NCBI GenBank assembly: GCA_002269645.1
Contig: NIVC01002491.1
Location: forward strand, 62,001-126,000
Source: Macrostomum lignano
Lineage: Eukaryota
Length of the DNA: 64,000 nt
Direction: 5' to 3'
The number at the start of each line of letters is the position of its first letter. Position 1 is the first letter of the stretch. The notes beneath the pieces were generated by a model. That model was not told the origin of the DNA and searched no databases. It saw only the letters and a list, made by a program, of their open reading frames with translations. The position numbers and the translations under genes were made by a program. This document shows, one piece after another, positions 34,453 to 46,707 of this stretch.

Positions 34453-36577
34453 GCTTGCAGAATATAAGAAGGAGATAAAAATAGTCTTTTTAACACAAGC
34501 AAAAATTTATAGAAACTTTGATTGTATATACAAACAAATTCGCGCTAGCCGTTAGGCCTTAGACTTCCACACTTAGACGTCCGCGGATCGTCGAGGCGCG
34601 CATAATTAAAAACATTAGAAAAACGATTTCAAAATATCATTTCCCATTACAACAAATACAACAGACAAAAACAGAGTTATTTTTTCTTAAATAGGTAAAT
34701 ATTTATATTTAATAACTCATGTACAAATAGAAAATTATAATGTTTTCCTAAACGCTAATTTAAATATCAAAAGTCCGCTTAGTAGGGCATGCACGCTTGC
34801 CCTGGCTTCTTAACATATATAAACATAGAATAACTTTACATTACATAGAATACATATTTTCTGAACGAAAGGTTTTTAAATATCAATAGAGCCATAAGAA
34901 AGTCAAGTCATATCAAAAGATAAACACTGGGTCTGATCAAAAACCTTATCTCAAAAGCAATAATTAACTATTTTTGTGCCGAAAAATGAAAACCTGCTAT
35001 CTCCGTCGTAATGCAATTCTCGGTAAATCTGCCTCTAAAATTTTCCATAGAACGCTTATAATCCAATCGTGGCTTATAATCCAATCAATCGAGCGCTTTA
35101 TTTTCTGTTTCCTCTGCCTTTTGTGGCCAAGCCATCAAATTTTATTGCAATATAGAACAAGTTGTGTTGAATGCGTGGGACATACAGCTAGTATGACATA
35201 ATTTGTTTCAGTGATACAGTATGAAAATTAAATGATCACTAAATTGCATGTATTATTGGGGCTCCAAAGAGACTTGTTAAAATTGAATGAAGGCAAACAA
35301 AAAGCAGGTATGGCTTCGTGTGGGACGCCGCACTGCAAGACCATGCATGCACGATCTCCTCAGCATTACCTGTTGGATAAAGGATAAAGTTCAAGGGGGT
35401 TACCAAAAAGGGTGAGAAAAATCCAACTGAAAAAACCGTCCAAAATTTAGGAAGAACCGGTAAAGTAGAAATTTTGTTTGAACTTTGCCACATGCGTGCT
35501 CTGCATGTAATCGCGGAATTCCAGAAGTTGAGATACATGTATTGTTGCAAATTTAGTGCTGAAAAAAACTGGAAACTTTCCATCTAGCCAACATTTTTGT
35601 AGTGAAAACTGACCGATTAGCAAGTGCAAATTCTCTACTTGAGTTATCCATTGATTTCCAGCGTATTGCCACGAGTACGTACTATATATTTGAGTAAATA
35701 AGATGACGAATCTTATCGCAAATCTGGTCGGCACCAGTTAATGAGCTCTTCCACCGGACTCACTAAGGCAGATCAGAAATTCATCAAGCCATGGTGAAAA
35801 TCTATTTTCAAAAAATCTCCTCCATCAACGAGGCTGCAGGCTTCTCACGGCGAGAACTTAACCGAAGATCCAATCGCATGAGAGACGGGATAACGGTTGA
35901 AATAGCTCCCTCACAACTTGTGAGCTCCCAAGCTTGGAATCCCGGCCACTCAGCTCCGCAGCCACTTTTCTGCAGAAGAGGGCCCGTGTTTCGTCAACAC
36001 AATTTCACCTTCAAGTTTGCTCTGCTTAGCCTGCTCTGACACATTTTCGAAGAAAAACTGCTTGATCGATAGGACTTGGCCGGGTTCTGTATCGTAACGA
36101 GAAAAAGGTGAGCGGTCGTCTACACTTGCAAAATGAACAACTGCAGTATAGTAGAAGCACGCTATGGCCAAACCCCATTCAGTGCATACTAAATGTACTA
36201 GCAATACGACAAATAAATACGCTTCATAGCGGCCTCCAACTCGTTTCTAAGAAAATCGAGTGCATTAAGAGTCCTACTTTAGCTGTGCATTAATTGCCTG
36301 CTACTTGTAGTTAGAGTTTGCTGAATCATGCGCGCTATTGTAATTGTGCAGGTAATTCTACGTTATGACGACTGAAGAGCAATAAGTTCAGTTTGATCAC
36401 AGCATAGTGCAATGGTATCTGACCAAAGTATGATGTAGGGCTGATAATAGCTGACCAAAGTATCTGGGACACAATGACTGACGAAGTGGGGCAAACCCTA
36501 AGCCTAAGCCAGAAAAGCATAACAAAACGAACCCGCTGACATCCCAGTCACATGAGGCGCCATTCCCACCCTTTAGC

Positions 36578-36884
36578 ATGAACTTCGACTTCCTGCTCAA
36601 AGCGAACCAGTTCCGCGTTACGGTGGGTCAACACGGTTCAGCCGAAGACTTTGTCGACGTTCTGAACTACACGATCACGCCCGCCGTACTGATCTTCTTG
36701 GCGAGCATCTCTGCGTCCAGACAGTATTTGTTCACACCTATTCAATGCTGGAGCTTGTTGGAACTGGACTCGCAGAGGATGGAGTACATCGAGAACCTCT
36801 GCTGGGTGGATAATATGTACTTCTGGCCGCTGGACGACACCCTGCCGAAGGGCAACGAAAAGCAGCGGGAAGAGCGAACCATAT
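36578..36884 (+). CDS. inx: Innexin (gap junction protein), exon 1 of 3 (36578-36884, 38748-39204, 39397-39982; 449 aa)
   Basis: EDFVDVLNYTIT...RQYLFTPIQCW...YIENLCWVDNMY, with two EL1 cysteines; GTGAGG donor at 36885. Confidence 0.92.
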
Positions 36885-36974
36885 GTGAGGTTTTGCGGTG
36901 ATTTTCGTCCGTATGTATCCATCGGAACTCCAACTCAACATCCCTTTATGGCCAAAATCCCAAATCAAGGGTTT

Positions 36975-37510
36975 TGCTGTTCCCTCAAACCCTTCACCCA
37001 GGGTTTTATTGCTCCCAGCCCCTTCAGCCAGGGTTTCATTGCCCCCAACCCCTTCAGCCAGGGTTTCATTGCCCCCAACCCCTTCACCCAGGGTTTCATT
37101 GCCCCAACCCCTTCACCCAGGGTTTCATTGCCCCCAGCCCCTTCACCCAGGGTTTTATTGCCCCCAGCCCCTTCAGCCAGGGTTTCATTGCTCCCTCAAA
37201 CCCTTCGCCCAGGGTTTTATTGCTCCCAGCCCCTTCAGCCAGGCTTTCATTGCCCCCAACCCCTTCACCCAGGGTTTTATTGCCCCCAGCCCCTTCAGCC
37301 AGGGTTTCATTGCCCCAACCCCTTCAGCCAGGGTTTCATTGCTCCCTCAAACCCTTCGCCCAGGGTTTTATTGCTCCCAGCCCCTTCAGCCAGGGTTTCA
37401 TTGCCCCCAACCCCTTCACCCAGGGTTTTATTGCCCCCAGCCTCTTCAGCCAGGGTTTCATTGCCCCAACCCCTTCAGCCAGGGTTTCATTGCTCCCTCA
37501 AACTCTTCAC
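36975..37510. repeat. 29-30-bp minisatellite (cccttcagccagggtttcattgcccccaac), innexin intron 1
   Basis: Direct periodicity. Confidence 0.92.
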
Positions 37511-37889
37511 TCGGAGTTTAATTACCCATTGAGACCCTGCGAGTTTTTAGTCTGGTTGCAACTAAGCCTATAACAACTAATCGGTTGAAGCAGCACTCGC
37601 AAAGATCGGAATAGCATCATCCCTCCGCCAAGGATCTTCGTCAGAGCAAACGAAATTCTCCTAGCACTGGGGAATCAATTAGCCACTTAAGGACGCAAGC
37701 AAGCCTTTGATACACAAACGCAGACTTGCCTCACTGGCTATTACAAGAACAAGATAATTGCATTGCTGCTATTAGCTACTCATGTACATTGTAGAATGGT
37801 TGCTTCAATTTTACTTGCGTGCTCATAAATCGCTAAGTACATGATATTTGGGATAAAGTGAGTCATTTGCTCACTTTGTTATCTCAGAC

Positions 37890-38715
37890 TGTCCGTTTCC
37901 ATCTCTCCTTTCACTCTCCTCGTCTCTCTACTACCATTTGTGATTCTACTCTCTCCGTCTCTCTACCATCTCTTCTTCTACTCTTCTCGTCTCTCTACTA
38001 CCATCTCTTATTCTACTCTTCTCGTCTCTCTACTACAACAACAACAACAACAGAGTACGCTGTCAGTTCGCAAAAGCAGCGTCAGATGGCTCGCTTCGAA
38101 GCTTGGGCGCGAACAAAGGCCGCACCGCCGGCAGAGTCCGGGGCGCCGGCGTCAGCCAGCAGACAGTCGACGTAGCGCCGAGTCCTCGCCTGTCCCCGCC
38201 GGTAGGGTGCCTGCAACGTAAGTAGCAGCACCTCCTGCACCGGCTCCGGACAGTAGGCCTCGGCGCGGATGACGTGGCCTGCCAGCTGGAGTCGCCGACG
38301 GCGCAGCAGATCGCTAGGACGGGCCAGGCCGGCGCGATGATAGAGCGCCGTGTTGGTGACTCGCTCGTTGCCGATCTTGAAGGCGGCGCGCAGCAGGCCA
38401 GCGTGCGCCGCGTCAACTTGAGCCTCGAGCGAGTCTGTCAGCGTCCAGGTCTCGGCGTTGTCTCGGCGTCTCTACTACCATCTCAGCTTCTACTCTTCTC
38501 GTCTCTCTACTACCATCTCTTCTTCTACTCTTCTCGTCTCTCTACTACCATCTCTTCTTCTACTCTTCTCGTCTCTCTACTACCATCTCAGCTTCTACTC
38601 TTCTCGTCTCTCTACTACCATCTCAGCTTCTACTCTTTCCGTCTCTCTACCATCTCTTCTACTACTCTTCTCAGCTCTCTACTACCATCTCAGCTTCTAC
38701 TCTTCTCGTCTCTCC
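37890..38715. repeat. About 35-bp pyrimidine-rich minisatellite (tctcgtctctctactaccatctcagcttctactct), split by a LINE insertion
   Basis: Units at 37890-38034 and 38461-38715. Confidence 0.88.
38035..38460 (-). mobile_element. 5'-truncated RTE-clade LINE, uninterrupted RT C-terminal frame plus (GTT)n tail
   Basis: NAETWTLTDSLEAQVDAAHAGLLRAAF...RRRRLQLAGHVIRAE...RRGQARTRRYVD...* followed by a short UTR and the tail (acaacaacaacaac on +). Confidence 0.88.
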
Positions 38716-38747
38716 TCGATCTCCGTCTGTTTGACGGCAACCCGCAG

Positions 38748-39204
38748 ACTACTACCAGTGGGTGCCATTCGTGCTGGCACTGCAGGCGCTGCTGTTCTAC
38801 CTGCCCCGCCTTGCCTGGCTCTGCCTCAGCGACCGCATCGGAGCCGCCAGCCTGAACGACACGATGCGCTTCGCCCTGGCCGCCGCCACCTCCTTGGATC
38901 AGGACAGGCGGCACCGCCTGATTGCCTATCTGGCCGAGCACATTCACAAACTGATGAGGCATGCCCAGCCTCTGTCAAGAAGTCGCCGATGCCGCTTGCT
39001 GACTCGGAGAACCGGATTCGCCCTGGTGTCTGCCTACCTGCTGACTAAAGCGATGTACATCTGCGTGTCTCTGGGGCAGCTGGCGTTGATGCAGCGGCTG
39101 CTGGGTCTGAGCGAGGCCACCAGCTACTGGGGCGCCAGCCTTCTGGCCAGCCTGCTTACCGGGCGGACCTGGCACTCCAGCGGCATTTTTCCTCGGGTTG
39201 CCAG
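38748..39204 (+). CDS. inx: Innexin exon 2
   Basis: cgcAG acceptor; (Y)YYQWVPFVLALQALLFYLP signature; ends SGIFPRVA with an AG|GCGAGG (GC) donor. Confidence 0.9.
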
Positions 39205-39227
39205 GCGAGGAACTATCTATGCTACAC

Positions 39228-39363
39228 TTAAGTGGTTGCTATGTGGGTGGTTTCTATGTGGGTGGCTGCTATATGGGTGGTTGCTATGTGGGTGGTTGCT
39301 ATGTGGGTGGTTGCTATGTGGGTGGTTGCTATGTGGGTGGTTGCTATGTGGACAGTTGCTATG
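39228..39363. repeat. 15-bp minisatellite (gctatgtgggtggtt), innexin intron 2
   Basis: About 9 copies. Confidence 0.9.
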
Positions 39364-39396
39364 CGCTTCTATACCAGAATTCGCCTTGTCAACCAG

Positions 39397-39982
39397 GTGC
39401 GACTTCTACGCCGATATGGTTGGCACAACTAGCAAATTTACGGTACAATGCGTCCTGCCCAACAATATGCTCAACGAGAAGATCTACATTTTCCTATGGT
39501 TCTGGGTGTTCGCCTTGGCCCTGCTCACCGCCGCCTCCTGCCTGTCCTGGGCGGCCTCATCAATCCTGCCGTCGTCTCGCCGGGCGCTGCTCAAGAAGTA
39601 TCTCAGGGCCGGCGGGGTGCCGCCGCAGGCCGGTGACCGATCCACCGCGCGCCGGTTCCTGCGCCACTTCCTGCGGCACGATGGCGTCTTCCTGTTGCGC
39701 ATGATCGGCCGCTGCGCCGGCGACCTGCTGGCGGCTGACGTGGCTCGGGAGGTCTGGCGGCGCTACCGGGACGGCCAGGCCACGGCGGCCAAGAGCTGGG
39801 ACCTGCGGTTCAGCGGCGGCTGCCCAACAGCCACGGCTGCTTCGGCGGCGGCTCCGCTGACAGCCACAATGCGGCTGGCGCAGCGACAGGTGTCGGGCGG
39901 CGGCGCTCATCAGCTGGAGGAGGACGACAATGGCAACGAGTTAGGCAGAGACGACGATGGGAACGAGTCCACCTACGTTTGA
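39397..39982 (+). CDS. inx: Innexin exon 3
   Basis: ccAG acceptor; (R)CDF...VQCVLPNNMLNEKIYIFLWFW...FLRHDGVFLLRMI; TGA at 39980-39982. Confidence 0.92.
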
Positions 39983-40029
39983 TACCTGACGATACTGACC
40001 TAGGAAGCAATCTGACTTGTTTAGAAGTA

Positions 40030-40500
40030 GTCGAATTCTAAGAATTAATCGTATTCTAAGAAACGATCGGATTCTAAGAAACAATCAAATTCTAAGAAAC
40101 AATCGAATTCTACGAAACAACCAAATTCTAAGAAACAATCGAATTCTAAGAAACAATCGAATTCTAAGAAACAATCGAATTCTAATCAACAGTCCTATTC
40201 TAAGAAACAATCGAATTCTAAGAAACAATCGAATTCTAAGAAACAATCGAATTCTAATCAACAGTCCTATTCTAAGAAACAATCGAATTCTAAGAAACAA
40301 TCGAATTCTAATCAACAATCGAATTCTAAGAAACAATCGAATTCTAAGAAACAATCGCATTCTAAGTAACAATCAAATTCTAAGAAACAATCGAATTCTA
40401 AGAAACAATCGAATTCTAAGAAAGGATCAAGCTCCAAGAAAAAAACGGATTCCAAGAAAAGAAGTTAATTCTAAGAAAAATCAATCGTGAATTCTAAGAA
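40030..40500. repeat. 18-bp minisatellite (gaattctaagaaacaatc), starting about 50 nt after the innexin stop
   Basis: Direct periodicity. Confidence 0.92.
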
Positions 40501-40897
40501 AGCATCGCCATTTTATAGATACAATCTTAAATCCTTAGAAAAAGTGCGAATGTGATGTTCTAAGACAATTCAAAACATTTACCATAGATTTCGAGTGTTG
40601 CGTCCTATATGCCATTTAGCTAAGTAGTCCTTGAATTTTGCATTGTTCGAAAAATGACAAATGAATTCCAAAAATGAATTCACATTCTAACATACAATGC
40701 AATTTGAAAAGTTGAGGCAATCTGACGTTTAAAGAAGCAACATTGAATTTTTGAGAATAATGCATTCGAAGAAAATTAATAACGAAAAGAAAAAACAGGG
40801 TATTCTATGAAACAATCTGAAAACTTGGAAAACAATCCGAAATTCTAACTTACACTCTTCACTTTCTAAAAGAAAAACATGACACTTGAAAAACAAT

Positions 40898-41630
40898 CTG
40901 ATATTCTAAGCAACAAGCTGATATTCTAAGCAACAAGCTGATATTCTAAGCAACAAGCTGATATTCTAAGCAACAAGCTGATATTCTAAGCAACAAGCTG
41001 ATATTCTAAGCAACAAGCTGATATTCTAAGCAACAAGCTGATATTCTAAGCAACAAGCTGATATTCTAAGCAACAAGCTGATATTCTAAGCAACAAGCTG
41101 ATATTCTAAGCAACAAGCTGATATTCTAAGCAACAAGCTGATATTCTAAGCAACAAGCTGATATTCTAAGCAACAAGCTGATATTCTAAGCAACAAGCTG
41201 ATATTCTAAGCAACAAGCTGATATTCTAAGCAACAAGCTGATATTCTAAGCAACAAGCTGATATTCTAAGCAACAAGCAGATATTCTAAGCAACAAGCTG
41301 ATATTCTAAGCAACAAGCTGATATTCTAAGCAACAAGCTGATATTCTAAGCAACAAGCTGATATTCTAAGCAACAAGCTGATATTCTAAGCAACAAGCTG
41401 ATATTCTAAGCAACAAGCTGATATTCTAAGCAACAAGCTGATATTCTAAGCAACAAGCTGATATTCTAAGCAACAAGCAGATATTCTAAGCAACAAGCTG
41501 ATATTCTAAGCAACAAGCTGATATTCTAAGCAACAAGCTGATATTCTAAGCAACAAGCTGATATTCTAAGCAACAAGCTGATATTCTAAGCAACAAGCTG
41601 ATATTCTAAGCAACAAGCTGATATTCTAAG
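40898..41630. repeat. 20-bp near-perfect minisatellite (ctgatattctaagcaacaag), about 36 copies
   Basis: Direct periodicity. Confidence 0.97.
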
Positions 41631-41944
41631 TATACTTTGCATGCCTCTTTATAGCGTAAGTTAAGTTACTAATCGATGATTTTGTGAACCCCACATGTAG
41701 AAATTTTCAACACCAAATTAAAAGCAGTAAAAACCGATTATACTACTGCAAGTAGCGGATCAACACTGTTTTCGAGCACAAAAATTCGATGAAACTCCAG
41801 AACAATTTTGTTTTGATATAAAAAAGTTCATCAATTTTTAACATTTTAACATTATTTTTATTATTTACCACTTCAAGGTCAACAAATTCATGGTCAGAGT
41901 TATGCACCCGCAGTAAATTATGGCGACAGGGTCGATAATTTTGT

Positions 41945-43145
41945 TAGCTAGATTAGCAATCCATTTGATTCCCTCATTCGCGTTGGCGAGATTTGCAATC
42001 CATTCGATATTTTGTTCCATACATGGCTAGATTAACAATCCATTCGATATATTAATCAATACCTGGATAGATTAGCAATCCATTCGATATATTAACCCAT
42101 ACCTGGATAGATTAGCGATCCATTCGATATATTAATCAATACCTGGATAGATTAGCAATCCATTCGATATATTAACCCATACCTGGATAGATTAGCAATC
42201 CATTCGATATATATTAATCAATACCTGGATAGATTAGCAATCCATTTGATATATATTAATCAATACCTGGATAGATTAGCAATCCATTCGATATATTAAC
42301 CCATACCTGGATAGATTAGCAATCCATTTGATATATATTAATCAATACCTGGATAGATTAGCAATCCATTCGATATATTAACCCATACCTGGATAGATTA
42401 GCAATCCATTTGATATATATTAATCAATACCTGGATAGATTAGCAATCCATTCGATATATTAACCCATACCTGGATAGATTAGCAATCCATTTGATATAT
42501 ATTAATCAATACCTGGATAGATTAGCAATCCATTCGATATATTAACCCATACCTGGATAGATTAGCAATCCATTTGATATATATTAATCAATACCTGGAT
42601 AGATTAGCAATCCATTTGATATATATTAACCCATACCTGGATAGATTAGCAGTCCATTCGATATATTAACCCATACCTGGATATATTAGCAATCCATTTG
42701 ATATATATTAATCAATACCTGGATAGATTAGCAATCCATTCGATATATTAACCCATACCTGGATAGATTAGCAATCCATTTGATATATATTAATCAATAC
42801 CTGGATTGATTAGCAATCCATTCGATATATTAACCCATACCTGGATAGATTAGCGATCCATTCGATATATTAACCCATACCTGGCTAGATTAGCAATCCA
42901 TTTGATATATATTAATCAATACCTGGATAGATTAGCAATCCATTCGATATATTAACCCATACCTGGATAGATTAGCGATCCATTCGATATATTAACCCAT
43001 ACCTGGATAGATTAGCAATCCATTTGATATATATTAATCAATACCTGGATATATTAGCAATCCATTTGATATATATTAATCAATACCTTGATATATTAGC
43101 AATCCATTCGATATATTAACCCATACCTGGATAGTTTTAGCAATC
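41945..43145. repeat. 40/42-bp minisatellite (acctggatagattagcaatccattcgatatattaacccat), often alternating
   Basis: Two unit types read directly. Confidence 0.93.
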
Positions 43146-44214
43146 CAACTAATTTCTATTCTGCTATAGTGTTCATAGAAAAACAGTTTTTTTCTTGTTG
43201 CTTTCTCAAAGAACAAATTGTATTACAGTACTCTTGGTAACCAAGCAATTACCCCCCTTAGCCGAAATTTTCTGTAACATATCTCAAGAGGCTAAGCATG
43301 CCATACTGCGTGCTCGCATTAGCGATAAGAAGTGAAGGGCATTTAGGAATTTCACACCAGATCTGCCGCAGAACCAGACAGACAGGCAGGTTTAAACTGG
43401 AAAGCAGTTGAGTGTACACTTGTACACGCTGTAACTGTGACGCAGGCCAACCCTACAATCCTTACCCCCTCATCAGCCCCAAACTGCGGACCTGCAATGT
43501 GCATATGGGAGTACAGTGAGAGATTTGCTTAGTCAGAGACACAGAGAGACTGATAAAAGCTGAATATCTTGCTTTCTCGGCTCAAGTGATTTCCCAACCG
43601 CCTGACGGAATCAGTTAGCGGCTAAACAACTTCGGGTGAGTTGCAAGAGGATCTGAATTTTATTTGTTTATTATTTCAAAGCCTAAAATATGATTAAATG
43701 ATAAATGATATGCAAATTTTCTATCATTTCTCTCTTTTTCCCAAACCCTCGGTCAGGCGAGCAAGCAGATTTTCAAAGCGGATTTATCATACTGGTATTT
43801 GCCATCCACGGCTGAGATGGTCATAAAAATGACCGATTATCGATGGATGCTTTGAGTTTAGAATCCTGTTTAGCTAATTGGAAAACCGGGCCTGATTAGC
43901 ATATCTGCAACAGCGGAGGCTGGGAATGATTCTGGCAGAGATGAAGCGCACCGGCTCCCACTTGTCAGTGATGGATAGGCAAGGATAGAAAATGTATTTC
44001 AATGATATTCATCCAGTAAGCATTATTTATATTGACAATCATTAATTGGGAAGTCGGAAACTGATTGAGTCGAATAGCTCAAATGGCGCAGTGTTCCATT
44101 CGTTTTTCAAGCAGATTAATTAACGGCATCCACTTTGGCAGTCACCGAGCTCCTGTCGGATATGAGTAGGAGCAGATGCCGAGGAGTTGCATGCAAGTAG
44201 AAATGGAAGACAGA

Positions 44215-44890
44215 GATGGAGGAGGCGAGGAGAGGAGGGGATGGAGGAGGGGAAGAGGGGAGGAAATGGAGGAGGGGAGGAGGGGAGGGGATGGAGGAGG
44301 GGAGGAGGGGAGGAAATGGAGGAGGGGAGGAGGGGAGGGGATGGGATGGAGGAGGGGAGGAGGGGAGGGGATGGAGGAGGGGAGGAGGGGAGGGATGGAG
44401 GAGGGGAGGAGGGGAGGGGATGGAGGAGGGGAGGAGGGGAGGGGATGGGATGGAGGAGGGGAGGAGGGGAGGGATGGGATGGAGGAGGGGAGGAGGGGAG
44501 GGGATGGAGGAGGGGAGGAGGGGAGGGGATGGAGGAGGGGAGGAGGGGAGGGGATGGGATGGAGGAGGGGAGGAGGGGAGGGGATGGAGGAGGGGAGGAG
44601 GGGAGGGGATGGAGGAGGGGAGGAGGGGAGGGGATGGAGGAGGGAGGAGGGGAGGGGATGGGATGGAGGAGGGGAGGAGGGGAGGGGATGGAGGAGGCGA
44701 GGAGAGGAGGGGATGGAGGAGGGGAAGAGGGGAGGAGATGGAGGAGGGGAAGAGGGGAGGAGATGGAGGAGGGGAGGAGGGGAGGGGATGGAGGAGGGGA
44801 AGGGGATGGGATGGAGGAGGGGAAGGGGATGGGATGGAGGAGGGGAGGGGATGGAGGAGGGGAAGGGGATGGGATGGAGGAGGGGAGATG
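44215..44890. repeat. GGA/GGGGA purine-rich low-complexity repeat
   Basis: Almost pure purine on + strand. Confidence 0.93.
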
Positions 44891-45188
44891 TAGCAGAAGA
44901 AGAAGCCATCAGGAAAAGCGGAACTGCTAAGCTGTTGCTGGCTCGTGAGTTTGTAGTTCTAAAGCCCCCCCCCCTTGCCTGGCCCATAGAAACTGAAGTA
45001 CGAGTACTGGCGTATGCCAACTATTCTCTTAGCCAAACTGTCTATCCTTATTTCCCCTCTTCTCAGTGACAGCATCAAGATACTGACAGGCAAAAGCAGA
45101 AATAGTTAGTTGTTTAACAAAACCCGCGGTGAATTCCAGCCTTCTTAACCGACTGCTGCGGCAACAGTTGCGCATATTTTGCTAAGCC

Positions 45189-45554
45189 ATGGCCAAGCCA
45201 GTGAGCTACGATGAGGTGGTGAAGATGCTGAAGACCAACAGCGGCTGCCTGCTGGACGTTCGCACCCAGGAGGAGCTGGACACCCACGGCCGGTACCCAA
45301 AGTACATCCACGTGCCGCACAGCGAGGTCGCCGAGGCGATGCAACTGCCGGACTCCGAGTTCAAAGCTCGTTACCATGGAGACAAGCCGAAAGCGGGCGA
45401 TCAGATTATCACCTCCTGCATGGCTGGCAAGAGGGCTGGCATGGCTGCCGATGCTCTGGCCAAGCTGAACTTCACCAACGTGGGAGTTTACAGCGGCAGC
45501 TTCAGCGACTGGAAGAGCCAGCAGGCCGATCCCGCCAAGGCCTACAAGGACTGA
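45189..45554 (+). CDS. Single-domain rhodanese/thiosulfate sulfurtransferase-like protein (TSTD-like), 121 aa, intronless
   Basis: LLDVRTQEE N-terminal motif, IHVP, active-site loop CMAGKR, C-terminal YSGSFSDW; in-frame TAA just upstream of the ATG; AATAAA at 45589-45594. Confidence 0.9.
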   Translation: MAKPVSYDEVVKMLKTNSGCLLDVRTQEELDTHGRYPKYIHVPHSEVAEAMQLPDSEFKARYHGDKPKAGDQIITSCMAGKRAGMAADALAKLNFTNVGVYSGSFSDWKSQQADPAKAYKD

Positions 45555-45639
45555 GCCTGGAGACGACGCTGGGCTCTGGCTTTTGGCTAATAAATTTATT
45601 GACAGTTTTGTACTCTTAGTGTATTCGTGTATTCCCGCA

Positions 45640-46000
45640 CCCTGTGACAGCTCCCGCACATGATAGGGCACCATGTGACAGCCCTCGCACATGATAGGGC
45701 ACCCTGTTACATCTCCAGCACATGATAGGGCACCCTGTTATATCTCCAGCACATGATAGGGCACCCTGTGACAGCTCCCGCACATGATAGGGCACCCTGT
45801 GACATCTCCAGCACATGATAGGGCACCCTGTGACATCTCCAGCACATGATAGGGCACCCTGTTATATCTCCAGCACATGATAGGGCACCCTGTGACAGCT
45901 CCCGCACATGATAGGGCACCCTGTGACAGCTCCCGCACATGATAGGGCACCCTGTGACATCTCCAGCACATGATAGGGCACCCTGTTACATCTCCAGCAC
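45640..46000. repeat. 31-bp minisatellite (catgatagggcaccctgtgacagctcccgca)
   Basis: Direct periodicity. Confidence 0.9.
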
Positions 46001-46707
46001 ATTATCCTCCAATCAAATAATGTCAGCTATAGTTTGATGTTTCACATTAATTTTCCCCATCTTAGCAATGTCGAATTTCCTAAAAACAAATCCATCTACT
46101 TAAACTGTGATCTTTATAAACCGATCACTATTAATACATTGATATAGTTATATGACACCAATAAAGTACATAGGAATTGTCAGATTGATATCGATGCATA
46201 AGGGAACTCGACAAAAACACATTAGTTAATAGAAACCTACTATGAGTAGTATCATCGCGCTGGCAAAATAGTTCTTCACAGACACGAAATTGTACTACTG
46301 ACAAGAAAAATAAGCCCTTGCTGTACGAGTATGAATAAGGGGCTTCACTGAACAAGAAGAGCGACGAACATCAACTCTGGACAATAAGATCGTGCCTTTC
46401 CAAGAAAGAAACTATACGCCAGTGAACTAAAATATTTCCGCTTAAAAATAAACACATTTCAATTTTTTAGAAGTTCAAGCGTTTTATAGAGAGCATTTTC
46501 ACGCTGATATGTACAAGTAGTAAGAATAGAGTATTTGCTCGTTTGTTTACACTTAACTGGTTTAGCTAGCTAGCCCCAAACCCAGTGCCGTCCGGATGGG
46601 AACCGGGACTATTTAAAGTTTAATTTAGCAGTCCTTGGAAACTATGCGGATATGGAAAGACTGGCTTTTGATTTCGAAGTGCATAGTTTACTTTCTCTTT
46701 GCCATCT

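Noticed and set aside
44142-45069. Pro/Ser-rich and Gly/Glu/Arg-rich ORFs
   Set aside because: GGA-rich low-complexity DNA, open in multiple frames
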